Shown here: positions 63,147 to 64,000 of the stretch, in pieces | How the letters are laid out: every line of letters begins with the position of its first letter | Numbering within the stretch: the stretch's first letter is position 1 | Source of the DNA: Rebecca billardiae RCC1528 | Taxonomy: Eukaryota > Protista > Haptophyta | DNA: 64,000 nucleotides | Assembly (NCBI GenBank): GCA_965240325.2 | Contig: OZ251226.1 | Coordinates: forward strand, 1,240,001-1,304,000 | Reading direction: 5' to 3' | Program-made: the position numbers and the translations under genes | Notes under the pieces: generated by a model | Told to the model about the DNA's origin: nothing | Database searches by the model: none | What the model saw: the letters and a program-made list of their open reading frames with translations, nothing else

Positions 63147-64000
63147 GTCACCGGCGTCGTCGCCGTTCGTCGTACCCTAGCCCACGCGAGGGCGTCACCG
63201 GTCCACCAGTACTGCGGCGGACTGCGCGCGCTTCGCCGCGCGCTCGCCCTCGAGCTCCGCCGCTCTCCTCTCGCGCTCGAACTCGGCGCAGTCGGCAGCC
63301 ATGGCAGCCCGCTCGGCCGCAGCTCGATCTGTGCCCCCGCTCGGTTGCGTTGGCGCGCAAGCTGGCGCGCGCAGCGTCGGCGACGGCGCGCGCGATCGCC
63401 TTGCGCGACGAGTTCAGCTCCACCTGCTACTCCGTCAGGCGCACCTGCTGCTCCAAGATGATCGCGTGCTCAGCAGGAGTCACGCGCTGCTCGTGCAGCT
63501 GCACCTGCACGCGGCCTGCTGCGGACGCGCGCGGCGCGCTGGCGTCGGGGGGCGAGTAGAGGTCGCGGAAGGGGCAGCTGTCGTCGCCGGCGCCCAGCGA
63601 CATGTCGTCGACATCCAGCTCCGCCTTCCTCTCCGCCGCCGACGCGCCCTGCTTCCGGCTCAGGATGCGCTCCATGTCCTCGTGCTTGCCCTTCCACCAC
63701 CTGTGCACGGTCATCAGCCAGATGCCGATCACCTCGAGCCGCGGCGAGTCGTGGCGCAACGAGATGCCGAGCGCATCCACGCAGACGAGCGTGAGCGCCT
63801 TGGGCTTCTTCGTCCGACCGTCGCGCGCGGTCTGGGCGCACGCAGGGGTGAACACTCTGACCAACGGCTTGTGCTTCTTCGAGTTCTCAAGCATGAGCTC
63901 CACGAGACCACGAGCGTGCGGAGGAGGTCGAGGAGCATGAAGTCGAGCACCGATGCGTACCGCGGGCGAGTGCCGGCCACGCGCCAGCTGGTCGAGGGCT
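63147..64000 (-). pseudogene. 5'-partial disrupted ORF with coiled-coil C-terminus
   Basis: Open from the window edge to an in-frame TAG at 63427-63429. The same frame continues QVELNSSRKAIARAVADAARAS, then coiled-coil text (ERAAMAADCAEFERERRAAELEGER) appears in another frame. Confidence 0.4.

Overview
Very GC-rich eukaryotic genomic DNA with short GC-rich GT-AG introns (donors mostly GTGCGC/GTACGC). Composition and gene content are consistent with a haptophyte-like alga (inference, not established). From left to right: the 3' end of a bacterial-type F420/NADP oxidoreductase; an SH3-SH3 two-repeat voltage-gated cation channel; a sulfotransferase-like gene; a BET double-bromodomain gene; a GT25-like gene; a UBE2K/Ubc1 E2 with a hidden CaaX-encoding last exon; a KRE6/SKN1 GH16 gene; and a kinase-like ORF. 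Next is an apparently intact 17.76-kb Mutator-like transposon (17700-35463; perfect 9-bp TSD ATTTTGTAC, ~490-bp TIRs). It carries two convergent genes, one encoding a ~3,590-aa protein that fuses a 2OG-Fe(II) oxygenase, MULE DDE transposase, SWIM, PHD and two OTU domains. After it come a U-box/Tyr-kinase-like/ubiquitin/2OG-oxygenase/GRDP fusion gene, an SFR2-like GH1, and an assembly gap. Then a head-to-tail array of at least 4 (probably 5) intronless ARM-BTB genes whose 123-bp ARM units vary in number and at specific positions. The right end has a large low-complexity protein, repeats, a MITE, a GT-A glycosyltransferase and a disrupted ORF. All domain calls are from motif recognition by eye, not database searches.
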